From the NCBI RefSeq assembly GCF_006345805.1, contig NC_043007.1, forward strand, positions 64,232,001 through 64,296,000: a stretch of 64,000 nt of DNA, read 5' to 3'. Below, piece after piece: positions 60,443 to 64,000 of the stretch. The stretch is from Octopus sinensis. Its lineage: Eukaryota. The notes beneath the pieces are model-generated. The model was not told where the DNA came from and did no database searches. It worked only from the letters and a program-made list of their open reading frames with translations. The position numbers and the translations under genes are program-made. Every line of letters begins with the position of its first letter. Position 1 is the stretch's first letter.

Positions 60443-61055
60443 ATGTGGTCTGATAAATAGGTATCCGGACTATTGCCATAGTAACGGAGTTAAAGCATGC
60501 AGAGTGAAGCCGCTTGGCACAAATTGATTATGAACCCTGCTGGGCATGTGCACTAAATTTAAATGTTCTAGATCACTTCTGTTGTTTACAGCAGTGCTTG
60601 GAAAGATGATGTGTAGCATGTGATCATCACATTGACCATGACAGTGAAAGTTGAGCAGAGAATCTGCATCAAATTTGCCAAAAGCTTGGCGATACCTGCT
60701 CAGAGGCCTATGCAAAGTTTTCAAAAAGTTTTCATCTTTCACAACACAATCAAGATCTTGTACAATTGAAACTCGAGTGTCTTTTTGGTCAGCTAAAAGC
60801 AGTTTTGGCACAAAATTGGCAGACACACATCTCACACCCAAATCTGCACATCCTCTGATAACTCATGGATGGTGATTCAATGATTTCTCCTCACAGCTGC
60901 ATACACATCTGCAATGTTTTACTCAGTTCTGCTGGTTGCAGGTCTCCCAGAACATTTGTCAATATCAACATTTTTTTGGCCATCTTGGAAATGTCTGAAC
61001 CACTCACACACTACTTTCCATACACTTTCTGTAATTTTGTGTAGGCCTCTGTGTG
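60443..61055. mobile_element. Two convergent mariner transposase 5' fragments joined together
   Basis: The + strand from ATG 60638 reads MTVKVEQRICIKF/QKLGDTCSEAY. The - strand from 61055 to ~60715 reads TEAYTKLQKVYG...EWFRHFQDG...GRPATSRT...LGVRCVSANFVPKLL...DENFLKT. Confidence 0.8.
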
Positions 61056-64000
61056 TATATATACATGTATATGTGTGTCATTATGAGTGGGCTTGAGCAG
61101 GAGAGCTGAGAGCATGGGGAGCAAATGGATAAAGAAATCATTCTTAATATGATGGCAATGGGGCAGGAGAATAGTGAGCAAATGAGAGGAGGCAGCTACA
61201 ATTTTGCAGCCATTAAATCTTGCCTTGTTGGTCTTGTCTCTACTCTTCTCCCAGAGTGGTTAGGTTTTCATTTCTTGGACAGCATGTTGTTAATTTTGGA
61301 ATCCTCCATCATTTCTTTTGTAGGGTTCAGCATTCACCACATGTATATGCATTTATGTATGTTATTTCGTATCTAAAGCCCTTTATCTAAATGTGTAACA
61401 TCAGTTCTCGCGAACTGTGTCTCCTGTCATCTTAGTCAGTTATTCTGTGTGGTGCAACATCTTGAGATCAGTCTTTGCTACTTTATCCCATATCTTTTTG
61501 GCTCTCCCTCTTCTGTAAGTTATATATCATTGTAAGTCATCAGCACTTCTTCAAAGAGTTGACCTCATCTACATGCATAACCTATCTATAACAATACTGC
61601 CTTCTCTCTTTACACACTACATTTGTCTGTGTTTGTATACATATATCTACACGAGTGTACATAGATATATATACACATATATGGGAGAGTATGTGTGTGT
61701 ATATATGTGTATGTGTAGTATCATTAAAATATTGCTTATCGTTGTTTGATCTTTATATCTCACACTTTGAATTAGGTTTAATGATAGAGAATTTTTCGTA
61801 TTAAAATATTAGCTTTAATAAAAGAATTGGAGACCTGTATTTGTTTGAGACTTAAACAAAGTTTAAGTTATGTAAATTGAACCTAAGGGATAGGCTTAAA
61901 TTTATTTTTGGAAGTACTGTAACCACTGAAATTTCTATTAGGAATTGTATATATTAGTTATGCTTTAGAATGGGTTTCTTTTATGGATTTCCATTTACTT
62001 AAATCACTCCAAATTTTTTTGTTATGAAAGATATGTTGGTAATGAGTTTGTGCATGTGTACTAAGGAACCATGTTGTACATGTCTTTGTTGTTAATCATC
62101 TGAGGGTTGCTGTTTATTTGCTTATGTATTTCTGAATACCCACTTTTATTTCAGCTACTGCAATTTGTTTCATGTTTTCTGTGTTTTTGTTTTTAATACA
62201 TTGGTTAAAGTTTCTATGTGACTCAGATTATTTCTTATATTCTTAGCTAATGTTTTAGCTTTGAACTATCAAAATAATTTTATATAATTATTTTACTTGC
62301 AAAAGCTTTATTATTTAAATGCATTCTTCATATCTTTTAGTTGTCAGTTAGCTACAAAACAATTGTTTACCATTCATACAAATAGGAAATTATTTGAAAG
62401 AAATATGTAGAAGATTCAATTTGCGCTTTAACATTTGTTTTTTTAGACTTTTTTATAATACATCTTCCTGATTGTATTTGACCCTAATTTCAATAATTTC
62501 AATTTGCTGATTTATTGGATTCTATTTCAATTTATTCCTCATATTTAAAAAATTTTTTTCAGTGTGTCTGTTGATTTTGTTTCATTGGGGCTAGGGTGTC
62601 AAAATAGATGCACCACTTTAATATTACCTTATTCTTCACTCCTTACAAAGTCTGTTTAGCATTCCATTGAAATTATCTTAGATGTTAGTGACAAAACCCT
62701 TTCTTTTTATATCAAGTTTTAAAATCAACATTAGCTGATTTGTTTAAAGATTAATGTAGTATAAAATGTGAGCTATTTATGGAATGGTCTTGTTAGAATT
62801 TTAGACCTCTTCAATGAAAAAAGGGGAAAAAATTAAAAACACTATTCTTTCATGTCAACATAAGTCTTATTTTAACAGTGTAAATGTTATAAACTCTATA
62901 ATTGTAAAACATTAAATAAATTTCTAACATTTTTTTATATTACAAATATTTTTCCTAAGAACAAAATTCTTTTCTGTTAGTTTGCTAAATCACCTAAGAT
63001 TATTTTAATAATTAAAGCATGGCATCTTTCTGTCTTAACACCAATGTCTTAAGCTTACCTGTTGTTTATCAGTTATAAGGCTTTAAGTAATTTTACTTGC
63101 AGCTATTTGATTTCAGGTTTCTTTAAATTGGTAACTTTGGGGTAAGTTACCAAATTGAGAAAGCCATTGATAGCAATTAATCACATGTGAATATTGAATC
63201 ACAGTGATTTTTTTTTTCAATTCTACACATTTATCCCCTTAAATTATTAGAATTGCAGTTTTATTGTGGTTCTTCCCTCCTTATACATCTTTTTAAATAG
63301 TAATAATCAATTGATTTCATGTATTAAAAAAAAAAGGAAAATTGAAACATTTTTAAAACTATAGATTTGTCTATTCTAACAAATTTAATGTTTTTAGAAT
63401 GTAATATGTAAAGCATTTGAGAAGTAAATAAACTGCTGCTTTAAATTTCTTCATATTCTGGATTCTAGAGGTAGTCCAAACCAATACTTGTAAAAATGTT
63501 TCTATTTTGGGAACTTTCATCTAACTATATTTAATGTATAACAGTTTAGTTAATGTTCAATATGCTAATTATGCAATCTTGCTTTATGATAACCTTTAGA
63601 GATTGGTTTTTGAAATTTATTGGAATTTTTCTTCAAATCTGTAGAAAGAAGTAATTCTTGTATTGTAGCTTCTTACATAGATTTTTGGTTGTTTAGTTGA
63701 ATCCTAGTGTTGACCTTAAAGAGTTTCACAGGCAGATTTTAGTTCTCTCTATCTCTACTTCTGTTCACCTCCACCATATATATATGTATATATATCTCAT
63801 TTGTGTGTGTATTTTTGTGTGAAAAAAAAGACCCAAAGTGGGAGCAAAGAAAATTTCTTTGAAGTAAAACAAAACAATCACTGCATAGTTGGAGTGATTA
63901 TACCTGCACTAAGTTTGTGATGGCTGCATAGATGGTGAAGGAAATGTATGCAACCTGAACATTTCCTTATAGTATTAATCTTGCTTTACTTGGTGAAAGG

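Noticed and set aside
52470-64000. UBA-domain exon or a third linker-exon copy
   Set aside because: No MG(F/Y)...TYLLL-like frame and no further ELKPY-like frame were seen; a tblastn would be needed to exclude them fully.

Overview
AT-rich, microsatellite-dense eukaryotic DNA. The repeat types and composition suggest a coleoid cephalopod, probably Octopus; this is recalled, not database-checked. The window lies inside one large + strand gene, a MARK/Par-1 Ser/Thr kinase. Eight constitutive kinase-domain exons (19688-43306; 54, 49, 66, 71, 57, 136, 101 and 120 nt) splice in frame with GT-AG boundaries. They are followed by two tandem, equal-length (100 nt) paralogous exons (51798-51897 and 52370-52469) encoding alternative versions of the kinase C-terminus/UBA linker. 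These look mutually exclusive, and a hairpin and a YCAY-rich tract lie between them. The Gly-rich-loop exon and the UBA exon were not found and presumably lie outside the window. The introns carry SINEs, RTE, CR1-type and Hero-type LINE remnants, mariner/Tigger remnants, TTAA-flanked MITEs and several long foldback structures. Notable intronic items: a U6 snRNA copy fused to a CR1 3' tail and nested in a foldback element with a telomere-like loop; a perfect 134-nt palindrome with a hammerhead-ribozyme-like motif; and (TA)n-centred inverted duplications. All coordinates were read by eye; TE family names are by motif recall.
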